Source: Myxococcales bacterium (GTDB taxonomy: Bacteria; Myxococcota_A; Polyangia; Polyangiales; Polyangiaceae). From it: a stretch of DNA of 32,000 nucleotides. Shown piece by piece: positions 18,553 to 27,699 of the stretch (its first letter is position 1; each line of letters opens with the position of its first letter). The stretch lies in the NCBI GenBank assembly GCA_947473045.1, contig CANJCO010000014.1, positions 39,118 through 71,117 on the forward strand. The letters run 5' to 3'. The notes below the pieces were generated by a model that had not been told where the DNA came from, did no database searches, and worked only from the letters and a program-made list of their open reading frames with translations. Position numbers and translations under genes: made by a program.

Positions 18553-18558
18553 TCGCGA

Positions 18559-19389
18559 CTATTGGGCAAACGCGAGCGTGGCATCGGCGAAGAGAATGCT
18601 CGCGTCAGCCTGTAGCGTCGCCGCCGAAATCACCGCGGCCACGTCTTCGAAGCGTGTCGCCGGCGCGGCCGTCACGATCACGGTGGTGTCGGCAGCGAAC
18701 TCCCGATGCAGCCCCTTGATGCGCGCGAGACACGCCTGCAGCGCAGCCAAATCGCGGCCACGTACAGCGAGGCCGGTGCCGATGTCATCGCAGCCCGGCG
18801 CGAGATTCGCGCCCGTCGCCCGCACCGCGTAGCCGTCCGGCGAAACGCGAACCGTCGCGCGGAGCCCGGGCTCGGTCGTGCAGGCCATCACGTTGGCGTC
18901 GCGTCGCTGGGGGCCAGCATCCTGGACGGGGGCCGCTCCGCGAAACGTGTATTCGCACTCAGGCGGAAGCGGCGCTCCAAGGCGGAGCGACGCGACCCGG
19001 CCGTCGGGCCCGGCTACCGCAAATGCAACGTGATCCGTGCGCAATCCTGCCATTCCAAGCGCGGCCACGAGCGCCGAGACGACCTCGAACATCGCCCCAC
19101 GATCGACGTAAACCAGCACGTCGCCAGACGCACCGAGGGCGCGCACGACGCGCTCGCGCACCACGGCGTCATGCAAGCTTTCGCGCAGGTCGCGCGTCGT
19201 CGCGAGCAAGGCCCCGTCGCGCTCCACGCCTCGCGAATCGAGCACGAGCCGCGAGCCTGCCTGCGGAGGAGCGCCGCTCGCTGGCGCGAGGGACAGCCCT
19301 TGCGGCGCAGCGAACGCGTCGATCGTCGCTTCCGTCCTGCGACACCGAAGGGCGCACGCCATGAGCAGCAGCCCGCAGAGGCGACGCAT
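18559..19389 (-). CDS. Secreted or lipoprotein of unknown function (two weakly ExbD/TolR-like alpha/beta modules by eye)
   Basis: 276 aa. Signal peptide MRRLCGLLLMAC. Two segments, VLVYVDRGAMFEVVSALVAALGMAG and TVIVTAAPATRFEDVAAVISAA, resemble ExbD-type periplasmic domains. High GC3. Confidence 0.7.
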   Translation of the reverse strand: MRRLCGLLLMACALRCRRTEATIDAFAAPQGLSLAPASGAPPQAGSRLVLDSRGVERDGALLATTRDLRESLHDAVVRERVVRALGASGDVLVYVDRGAMFEVVSALVAALGMAGLRTDHVAFAVAGPDGRVASLRLGAPLPPECEYTFRGAAPVQDAGPQRRDANVMACTTEPGLRATVRVSPDGYAVRATGANLAPGCDDIGTGLAVRGRDLAALQACLARIKGLHREFAADTTVIVTAAPATRFEDVAAVISAATLQADASILFADATLAFAQ

Positions 19390-19396
19390 CAGCAGC

Positions 19397-19996
19397 TCAA
19401 CTCAGCAACTTCGCGAGCCAGTCGGGGTGGAGCTGCAGCTTCGCGAAACCCGCCACTCCCAGCAGCACGCCGAAGGACGCGAATGTGAGCGCCACACCGA
19501 GCAGCCAGCGCTTTTGCGTGAGCGCCGTGACACCAAACAGCGCGATCGCGACCGACAGCAGCGCCTCCGACATGTCGAACTGATCGTCGTGATTGTTGAG
19601 CTCGTCGTACTGGGCCTGCAGGTCTTCAGCTTGCTTTTTGATGACCTTTTTCTCATCGTCGTACTTGGCGACGAGCGCGGCATGCTGGGCAATTCTGTCG
19701 TCGAACGCCTTTCGCGCTTCGGGGGCGAGCGCCGGCGCGGTGTCGCGCGCGAGCCGCATTTGCTCCATCGTCGACTCGGCGAGGTTCTGTTTCACACCCT
19801 TCGCCTGATAGTACGACCACGCATCGACGGCCTGCGACTGCGACTGCGCCATCGCCTGACAGATGTTGCCATCTTTCACGTTGCACAGCGCCATGAAGGT
19901 GGCCACGAGCGCCACGCAAGCCGCGATGATCGTGTTGAGCCTCGACTCGCGCGCTTTCTCGACCGACTCGGAGACCGCCTCGCTGATGTCTGCCAT
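19397..19996 (-). CDS. Membrane protein resembling the DUF4337 family
   Basis: 199 aa. One TM near the N-terminus (IIAACVALVATFMAL) is followed by AWSYYQAKGVKQNL, a coiled segment and two C-terminal TMs. The family name is from memory. Confidence 0.75.
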   Translation of the reverse strand: MADISEAVSESVEKARESRLNTIIAACVALVATFMALCNVKDGNICQAMAQSQSQAVDAWSYYQAKGVKQNLAESTMEQMRLARDTAPALAPEARKAFDDRIAQHAALVAKYDDEKKVIKKQAEDLQAQYDELNNHDDQFDMSEALLSVAIALFGVTALTQKRWLLGVALTFASFGVLLGVAGFAKLQLHPDWLAKLLS

Positions 19997-20002
19997 CAGC
20001 GG

Positions 20003-21070
20003 CTACTTTCGTACCGCCGGGAGCTTGTAGAGACCGGCCTGCACCTGCAGCTCGAGGCCGTTGCCGTACGTCCAGCCCTTGAAGATCTTGCCGCCCTTCA
20101 GCTGCATGACGCTCGCCGTGTGCAGCGTGATCGGGCGGTTCGACGCCGGGACCCCGTCGATCGCGCCACTCTGCTTGCCGGTGGTCACGGTCTCGACGAC
20201 GACGAAGTCACCGAAGCCCCAGGCGCTCGCGATCTGCACCTTGATGTCAGGCACCGATTTCGTCCACGTCGAAAAGAGCGACCGCGTCTCGACCGTGCCG
20301 ACGTAGCTCTCCGAGCGGCGCAGATCGTCGAGCTCGACGTCGTCCTGCTGCGCGGCCAAAAAGTCAGCCTCGCTCTTGCCAGCCAGCGCGCCGTAAAACT
20401 TCTTCACGACCTCGACGTTCGCCGACTCGGTCGTTGAACCCGTGGCGGGCATACTGCGCGGCGCCGCGGGAGCGAGCGGCGGCGACCGCCACTTGCCTTT
20501 CATGCCACCCAGCTGCCCGAGCATCGTGGCGACGTCGTAGTAGCGGCTCTCTTTCACAATGGCGCCGTCGGCGTTGAGCGACATGACCGACAGGCCCCGC
20601 ACGCCGACCTGCTTGTTCGCGGCCTTGACGCCCATCCAGTCGTTTTGCTGCGTGGCGCTCAGCACCCACTCGACCACGGCCACATCGCCGACCGAAAACA
20701 CGCGTGCCGCGCTCATGCGCGTATCGGGAAAGCCCTCGAGCAGGCGCTGATGTTCGTTTTGGATGCCGGCGTTTCCCGTGACATCGGGCATGCCCGGCGT
20801 GACAATTTTGCCGTCGGCCGCGTAAGCGCCCGCGTATTTCACGGCGTCCTGCTGATTGAACCCCGCCATGAAGTCACGGACGGTCTGCAGCGCGTTGATC
20901 GCAGGAGCAGGTGCGGGAGTCGCCGGCGCGGCAGACGCGCTCGCGCCCGGGGCCGGAGCCTCGACAGGTGCCGCGGCCGGGGGCGGCGGCGGGGGAGATT
21001 CGGCGGGCTTCGAAGCCTCTGCGCCGCCACAAGCAACGAGGACCAGAGCTAACGTCGCAATCTTTCGCAT
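20003..21070 (-). CDS. Lipoprotein with two SnoaL/NTF2-like (ester cyclase-type) domains
   Basis: ORF trimmed to ATG 21070 (MRKIATLALVLVAC lipobox), then a Pro/Ala linker. Two repeats of the pattern ...F..A.N..D......Y..D.......G......G...F..AFPD... are typical of SnoaL-like folds. Confidence 0.8.
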   Translation of the reverse strand: MRKIATLALVLVACGGAEASKPAESPPPPPPAAAPVEAPAPGASASAAPATPAPAPAINALQTVRDFMAGFNQQDAVKYAGAYAADGKIVTPGMPDVTGNAGIQNEHQRLLEGFPDTRMSAARVFSVGDVAVVEWVLSATQQNDWMGVKAANKQVGVRGLSVMSLNADGAIVKESRYYDVATMLGQLGGMKGKWRSPPLAPAAPRSMPATGSTTESANVEVVKKFYGALAGKSEADFLAAQQDDVELDDLRRSESYVGTVETRSLFSTWTKSVPDIKVQIASAWGFGDFVVVETVTTGKQSGAIDGVPASNRPITLHTASVMQLKGGKIFKGWTYGNGLELQVQAGLYKLPAVRK

Positions 21071-21130
21071 GCGCGCATTGAACACGCGATCGCCGAGCAT
21101 AAGCAAGATGGTGGCGCGCGCCGGCTGTGA

Positions 21131-21173
21131 CAAAAAAAAGAAATCCCCCGAGAGCCTGAGCCCCCGGGGGATT
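21131..21173 (-). terminator. Rho-independent terminator of groESL
   Basis: The minus strand reads aatcccccg-(loop)-cgggggatt followed by tcTTTTTTTTg. The stems are 21165-21173 and 21142-21150, and the A8 run on the plus strand is 21132-21139. Confidence 0.8.
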
Positions 21174-21207
21174 GCATGCATTCTGCAGCTATTGCCGCAG
21201 ACTCGGC

Positions 21208-22869
<1,662 letters not shown>

Positions 22870-23163
22870 TCAGTTCTGGATCACGCCGAGGATGTCATCC
22901 TCGCGGAGGATGAGGCGCTCCTGGCCGTCGATCTTGACCTCGGTGCCGCTGTACTTGCCGAAGAGCACGCGGTCGCCGACCTTGACGTCGAGCGGGCGGA
23001 CTTTGCCGTCATCGGCGACCTTGCCGTTGCCGACCGCGATGATCTCGCCCTCGATGGGCTTCTCTTTGGCGGTGTCGGGGATGATGATGCCGCCCTTCGA
23101 CATCTTCTCTTCTTCAACACGCTTAACGAGGACGCGGTCCTGCAGGGGACGAATCGTGGCCAT
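22870..23163 (-). CDS. groES: Co-chaperonin GroES (Hsp10)
   Basis: ORF trimmed to ATG 23163 ([36 protein letters not shown]...). AAGGAGAG lies 4 nt upstream. Confidence 0.97.
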   Translation of the reverse strand: MATIRPLQDRVLVKRVEEEKMSKGGIIIPDTAKEKPIEGEIIAVGNGKVADDGKVRPLDVKVGDRVLFGKYSGTEVKIDGQERLILREDDILGVIQN

Positions 23164-23273
23164 AGTGCTCTCCTTGGTTGCTCTCTGGCTCGCTGACGAG
23201 CCTTCAAAAAACGCCCGCCGCGGATCGGCGGGAGGTGCGAACGACCACGCGCAGAGCACGAGGCCGTCGATTG

Positions 23274-23300
23274 CTAGCACTCACCACAGGCGAGTGCTAA
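23274..23300. promoter_or_regulatory. CIRCE operator (HrcA binding site)
   Basis: CTAGCACTC-N9-GAGTGCTAA. It matches the consensus TTAGCACTC-N9-GAGTGCTAA except for the first base. It lies between the promoter candidate and groES. Confidence 0.85.
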
Positions 23301-23313
23301 CCGGTCGAGGCGC

Positions 23314-23341
23314 AAGATAACCCCATGCGGCAGTCCGTCAA
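23314..23341 (-). promoter_or_regulatory. Sigma70-like groESL promoter candidate
   Basis: The minus strand reads TTGACG (23341-23336), a 16-nt spacer, then TATCTT (23319-23314). It sits just upstream of CIRCE, the usual arrangement. Confidence 0.45.
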
Positions 23342-23554
23342 GGCCCGCGGGTGACGATCCGTCAAGGCGCCGACGCCAACTCGCAAATCACTGATATTGC
23401 TCGCGTTTATTAGCGCGCAGGCGGTGCGGCGCGTGCGCGTTCTGCGCGTACTGGCACACGAGGCGTCAGACTGCTGACGCGCCCGCCCACGCCCCGATTT
23501 TGCTAACCCGTGAAAATTGCACGCGTATTTGATCGTGGCATAGACAATGGAAGA

Positions 23555-23569
23555 GACTTCTTAGAAGTC
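23555..23569. promoter_or_regulatory. Perfect 15-bp palindrome GACTTC-TTA-GAAGTC (operator-like)
   Basis: Located 50 nt upstream of ATG 23620, in an otherwise GC-rich leader. Confidence 0.3.
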
Positions 23570-23619
23570 CGGAGCGCTGACGCCCCGGATCAACCAGAAG
23601 CACGACGCGGAGGTGTACG

Positions 23620-24240
23620 ATGTCGATCGTCGCAACGGGTTCGCTCGACGGATACTTTGGCGAGCTGGTCGGAGAGTCGATTCGCACGAAGGGTGTGCAC
23701 GCTTCGGGGGGCGCCAGCGCCTACCTCGTGTCGCTCCTGAGCGACTACAGCCACCCCGAGCGCTCCCACGACGACGCCCTCCACAAGCCCCTCGGTCTGC
23801 TGCTCGGCGAGGCGCTGCATGAGCCCGACCTCGGCGTGCGATTCGACAAGCTGCGCTCGCTCGGCGACGGCGTGCTCTACGCCAGCGGGTTCTTCTCGGA
23901 CCACTTCGCGGCGCGCGGAGTCGACGCGAAGTACCTCGAAGGCATCGGGGCGCGCGCGTACGGCACGGCCAGCGGCATGCTGCGCTCGAGTTCTTCGACA
24001 ACTTCGCTCGAAGAAGCCGCAGCGGCGATCGATATCTTCCGCGAGCTCGCAGACCGCTTCAGCGCGTTCGTCGCCGTCATCGCCGACGTGGCCGATGCCG
24101 CACTCGCCAGCAACGCTTCGGGCGCGCGACAGCTGCTCAGACTCTACGAGCGCTGGCTGAAAACGGGCAGCGATCGGATCGCGGGCGCGCTTTCGACGCA
24201 GGGAATGCTGCCGATGCGCGGGCCGAAGGGGCTGCACTAA
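23620..24240 (+). CDS. Hypothetical protein
   Basis: ATG at 23620 with GGAGG 6 nt upstream. 206 aa with high GC3. No motif recognised. Confidence 0.75.
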   Translation: MSIVATGSLDGYFGELVGESIRTKGVHASGGASAYLVSLLSDYSHPERSHDDALHKPLGLLLGEALHEPDLGVRFDKLRSLGDGVLYASGFFSDHFAARGVDAKYLEGIGARAYGTASGMLRSSSSTTSLEEAAAAIDIFRELADRFSAFVAVIADVADAALASNASGARQLLRLYERWLKTGSDRIAGALSTQGMLPMRGPKGLH

Positions 24241-24882
24241 ATGAGCGAGCAAAGGCTCGCGGGCAACGGCGCGGGCCTCATTCGCGAACGCGCGATGGCC
24301 GCGGCAGTACAGTCTGCGCTCGAGCGACTCTATCAGCTCGATCCGGTCGCCGACGTGCGCGCGTACATTCAGCCGGTCACCGCGGGGCGCGAGTCGCTGC
24401 TCGTGCGGGAAGCGGACGACGGCGCGCTCGAGCTCGCGCTGCATATCCCGCAGCTCGCCGCGCGCGATCTCGATCTCGAGTCAGGCGATCTCGATCCGCT
24501 GTGCCAACTGATCGAAGGCGTCAGTCACTTTGTGTATATTACACATAGAGCAACCCAGCAGCGCGAAGCGACGGCCCTGGAGCTCGAGCTGCAAGCCGAG
24601 GTCGACAAGTGGATCGTGCTCGGCGCCAGCCTCTCCCCGCTCGACGTCGCCCGCAGCCGCCGACTTCGCGCGCGCCTGTATGAACGCGTCTCGTTCGTGC
24701 ACGAGAACGAAAGCGAGCTCGGGGAGCGCTACCGAGTCGCGAATCTCGCGGCCGCGCGCTTCGTGCGAACGCTCGAGCAGCGCTACCTCGCGACGCGGCG
24801 CTTCGTCGAACTCCGGCAGGCGCTGCGCGTCTTTTTTCGCAACGGCCAGGAAGACAAAATCCGACTCGGACGCGCTGCCTAG
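24241..24882 (+). CDS. Hypothetical protein
   Basis: ATG at 24241 follows directly after the upstream TAA. 213 aa with high GC3. No motif recognised. Confidence 0.75.
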   Translation: MSEQRLAGNGAGLIRERAMAAAVQSALERLYQLDPVADVRAYIQPVTAGRESLLVREADDGALELALHIPQLAARDLDLESGDLDPLCQLIEGVSHFVYITHRATQQREATALELELQAEVDKWIVLGASLSPLDVARSRRLRARLYERVSFVHENESELGERYRVANLAAARFVRTLEQRYLATRRFVELRQALRVFFRNGQEDKIRLGRAA

Positions 24883-24921
24883 GTCGTAGCTGGGCCGCGC
24901 CCGGTCGGTTAGCGTTCGGGC

Positions 24922-26580
24922 ATGACGTTCTTCCAGGCGCCGCCGATGCTCGGAAACCCGTATGCGCACGACGCGCTGCTCCGATCGTACCTCGACCGCG
25001 TGCTGCCCGGCGACGTGCGGACGTCGATCGAGCCGTCGCTCGCGGAGATGGGCGCGCTGTCCGGAGCCATGTTCGCGCGATCGGTCGAGGAACAGGCCGA
25101 TGAACCGAAGCTCGTGACGTGGAGCCCGTGGGGGCACCGCGTCGATCGGATCGAGCTGACCGCGCTGTGGCGGGATGCCGCGCGAATCGCTGCGGAAAAA
25201 GGCGTGGTCGCCACCGCGTATGAGCGCAAACACGGGCGGCACTCGCGGGTGCACCAGTTCGCGCTCGCGTACCTCATCGAGCCGTCGTGGCATGTCTACT
25301 CGTGCCCGCTGGCGATGACCGACGGCGCCGCGCGCTCGCTGATCGCCTCCGGCAACGCGGCGCTGATCGACCGCGCCGTGCCGCGCCTCACCTCGCGCGA
25401 TCCCGACCTCGCGTGGACGAGCGGCCAGTGGATGACGGAGCGCACCGGCGGGAGCGACGTGGGCCTGTCGGAGACGATCGCGCGCGCCGATGGCGACGGC
25501 TTTCGGCTCTTCGGAACCAAGTGGTTCACCAGCGCGACAACGGCACAAGTGGCGCTCACGCTCGCGCGCCCAGAGGGCAATCCGGCGGGCGGAAAGGGGC
25601 TGGCGCTTTTTTATGTCGAGATGCGCGACGCGTTCGGCAAGCTGAACAACATCGCGATCAACCGGCTAAAGTCGAAGCTCGGGACGCGTATGGTGCCAAC
25701 CGCGGAGCTCACGCTGGGCGGCGCGTTCGCGATCCCGGTCTGCGGCACGGGCGACGGCATCAAACACATCACCCCGATGCTTGCGATCACGCGCACGTGG
25801 AACTCCGTCTGCGCGGCGGCGGGCATGCGCAGAGCGCTCTCGCTCGCGCGCGACTACGCCAACAAGCGCGTGGCGTTCGGAGCGCGGCTCGCCGACAAGC
25901 CGCTTCACCAGGACACCCTCGCGACGGCCGAGGCCGAAGCGGCCGCCGCGTTTCTGCTCTCGTTTCGCGCCGTCGAGTTGCTCGGCAAGGATGAAGCCGG
26001 CGAGAGCGACGAAGCCGATCGCGCGCTCATGCGGCTGTGCGTTCCGCTCGCCAAGCTCGTGACGGGCAAGCAGGCCGTGGGCGTCGCGAGCGAGGCGCTC
26101 GAAGCCTTCGGCGGCGCAGGCTACATCGAGGATACTGGGTTGCCGCGCCTGCTTCGCGATGCGCAGGTGCTCCCCATCTGGGAGGGAACCACGAACGTGC
26201 TCTCGCTCGATGTGCTGCGGGCGCTCGGCAAGGGCGGGAGTCTGGAGCCCGTCGTCCGCGAGGTGTCGAAGTGCGTGCATACTGCACACGCATCGTTGCG
26301 CGAGCCGGCCGAAGTCGCCGCGCGAGCGTTGACGCACGCGCAGGCGTGGTTGGAAGACGCCATGCAGCGTTCGCCCGAGGCCGTCGAAGCCGGTGCGCGC
26401 CGCTTCGCCCTGACGATCGGCGGAGCCTTGCAACTCGCACTGCTCGTCGAGCATGGGAGCTGGGCCCTCGCGCATGGCGACGGGCGCTACGCTGCGGCGG
26501 CTCGCATCTTTTCGCGTAGCGCGATCGATCGAATCGACATCGGTCCGGCCGCGGACGACGCGCGCGCACTGCTGACGTAG
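24922..26580 (+). CDS. AidB-like acyl-CoA dehydrogenase family protein
   Basis: 552 aa. Motifs WMTERTGGSDVG, KWFTSA and GGAGYIEDTGLPRLLRDAQVLPIWEGTTNVLSLDVLRAL are typical of the AidB/ACAD10-like subgroup. Confidence 0.9.
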   Translation: MTFFQAPPMLGNPYAHDALLRSYLDRVLPGDVRTSIEPSLAEMGALSGAMFARSVEEQADEPKLVTWSPWGHRVDRIELTALWRDAARIAAEKGVVATAYERKHGRHSRVHQFALAYLIEPSWHVYSCPLAMTDGAARSLIASGNAALIDRAVPRLTSRDPDLAWTSGQWMTERTGGSDVGLSETIARADGDGFRLFGTKWFTSATTAQVALTLARPEGNPAGGKGLALFYVEMRDAFGKLNNIAINRLKSKLGTRMVPTAELTLGGAFAIPVCGTGDGIKHITPMLAITRTWNSVCAAAGMRRALSLARDYANKRVAFGARLADKPLHQDTLATAEAEAAAAFLLSFRAVELLGKDEAGESDEADRALMRLCVPLAKLVTGKQAVGVASEALEAFGGAGYIEDTGLPRLLRDAQVLPIWEGTTNVLSLDVLRALGKGGSLEPVVREVSKCVHTAHASLREPAEVAARALTHAQAWLEDAMQRSPEAVEAGARRFALTIGGALQLALLVEHGSWALAHGDGRYAAAARIFSRSAIDRIDIGPAADDARALLT

Positions 26581-26587
26581 TCGCAGT

Positions 26588-27124
26588 TCAGAACGGAGCC
26601 GAAGCCTTCGCGCAGCTCGCCTGGTCGACCGGATGCGTCGTGTCGGCGAGCAGCCACGACACGATGCACAGCTCGGCCGCGTCGTTCGACGAGGCAATCA
26701 CCTGCCCGCCCTTGTGCCCTTCAAGCATCAGCGGCTTTTTTAGGAGCAGCAAGTCACGGGGCACCGCGACCCCAGCGACAACGCGCGTGATCGCCTCGGG
26801 TTCGAGCCCGATGACGGCCCTGTAGTTCGCCGTCGACTCCTCGAGCGTCGTCGCGCCGACGCCGGGAATGAGACCCGCCTCGCTCGGCAGACGCAGTCCC
26901 CTCGCGCTGTAGAGGCGCAGCGGGCGACCGACCTCACCGTGGCAGTCGAGCGTGGCGCATCGCCGCTCGAGCACCGGGCTCACGAACTGCTGAAATTGCG
27001 ACTGGTTGGGCGCGAGGATCGTGGTGACCCGCGTGTTGCCGTCCGGCGTCGGGCTCGACGCGCACGCGATCACGATCGGCGCCATCCACAGGGCAGCGGC
27101 CCCGAGCGCGGCGATGCGGCGCAT
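26588..27124 (-). CDS. Lipoprotein with PSCyt1-like FVSPVLERRC-x4-CHG motif (possible c-type haem site)
   Basis: ATG 27124 shares its A with the upstream TGA (TGATG); GTG 27127 is an alternative start. Lipobox PIVIAC. Single CATLDCHG motif. Confidence 0.7.
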   Translation of the reverse strand: MRRIAALGAAALWMAPIVIACASSPTPDGNTRVTTILAPNQSQFQQFVSPVLERRCATLDCHGEVGRPLRLYSARGLRLPSEAGLIPGVGATTLEESTANYRAVIGLEPEAITRVVAGVAVPRDLLLLKKPLMLEGHKGGQVIASSNDAAELCIVSWLLADTTHPVDQASCAKASAPF

Positions 27125-27699
27125 CACTTCGTGCCTCCGACGCGAGGATTAACGGCGCAGCTGCCCGAGGCGGGCGGCACTGCGTCGTCGGGAGAATAAA
27201 GATACACATGCCCCACGCTCGAGAGCTTTTCGTATGCCGAATAGGGGTCCTTGTGGCAGTTGGCGCATGAGCGCTCGCGGCCGACCTGCCCCTGCATCGT
27301 GCGCGATTTGTCGCCCTTCCACACGCGCACGAGCACAGGAAACGAGGGGTCCCAGTCCGAGCGGCGCACGAAGAAATTGCCAACGCAGTTCGTCGTCGCC
27401 GTATAGGACGAGCCCGCCGTGTCGGTCATGGCGACGGTCGCGCCCTCGACTCCCACTACGTCGTCCTGCCGCGCGAACACGCTTCCGGCGACCGAAAACG
27501 CCGCGCCAGACGCGGGTCCGCCCGCGGAGTGACACATGACGCAAGGCTGCCCTGCGCGGTGAAATTCGCCAACGGGTACGCCGTCGGACTCACCGCCGAG
27601 CGCTGCAATTTCTCCGTCATAAACAGGGTCGCCGCAAGCCGCGGAAAAGGCGGCGATGCAGGCCAACAGCGCGAGCAGACCCGAGGTGATTCGGCGCAT
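27124..27699 (-). CDS. Putative di-haem c-type cytochrome lipoprotein
   Basis: ATG 27699 overlaps the upstream TGA by 1 nt. Lipobox AAFSAAC. Two CxxCH motifs, CVMCH and CANCH. Confidence 0.75.
   Translation of the reverse strand: MRRITSGLLALLACIAAFSAACGDPVYDGEIAALGGESDGVPVGEFHRAGQPCVMCHSAGGPASGAAFSVAGSVFARQDDVVGVEGATVAMTDTAGSSYTATTNCVGNFFVRRSDWDPSFPVLVRVWKGDKSRTMQGQVGRERSCANCHKDPYSAYEKLSSVGHVYLYSPDDAVPPASGSCAVNPRVGGTK

Larger units (their letters stand above)
16196..18558 (-). ncRNA. Candidate large structured noncoding RNA(s); ORF-free hairpin-dense block (strand and ends uncertain)
   Basis: 2.4 kb between two convergent stop codons with no credible ORF in six frames and lower GC. Stem-loops with minus-strand GNRA loops lie at 16475-16488, 16621-16642, 17051-17060, 17345-17356, 17378-17393, 17535-17548, 17697-17708 and 17792-17809. 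A cUUCGg hairpin is at 17682-17695. A minus-strand terminator is at 16196-16236. No known RNA family recognised. Confidence 0.3.

Noticed and set aside
18431-18558. Replication origin (oriC) hypothesis
   Set aside because: Only two DnaA-box-like 9-mers, one imperfect, and a 45-bp AT-rich patch. There is no dnaA/dnaN context and no box cluster. It is kept only as a possible regulatory site.
23451-23480. TGGCAC at 23452 as a sigma54 -24 element, and the 7-bp hairpin gcgtcag-actg-ctgacgc (23463-23480)
   Set aside because: No TTGC -12 element at the required spacing. The hairpin has no adjacent T tract and no obvious gene to terminate.
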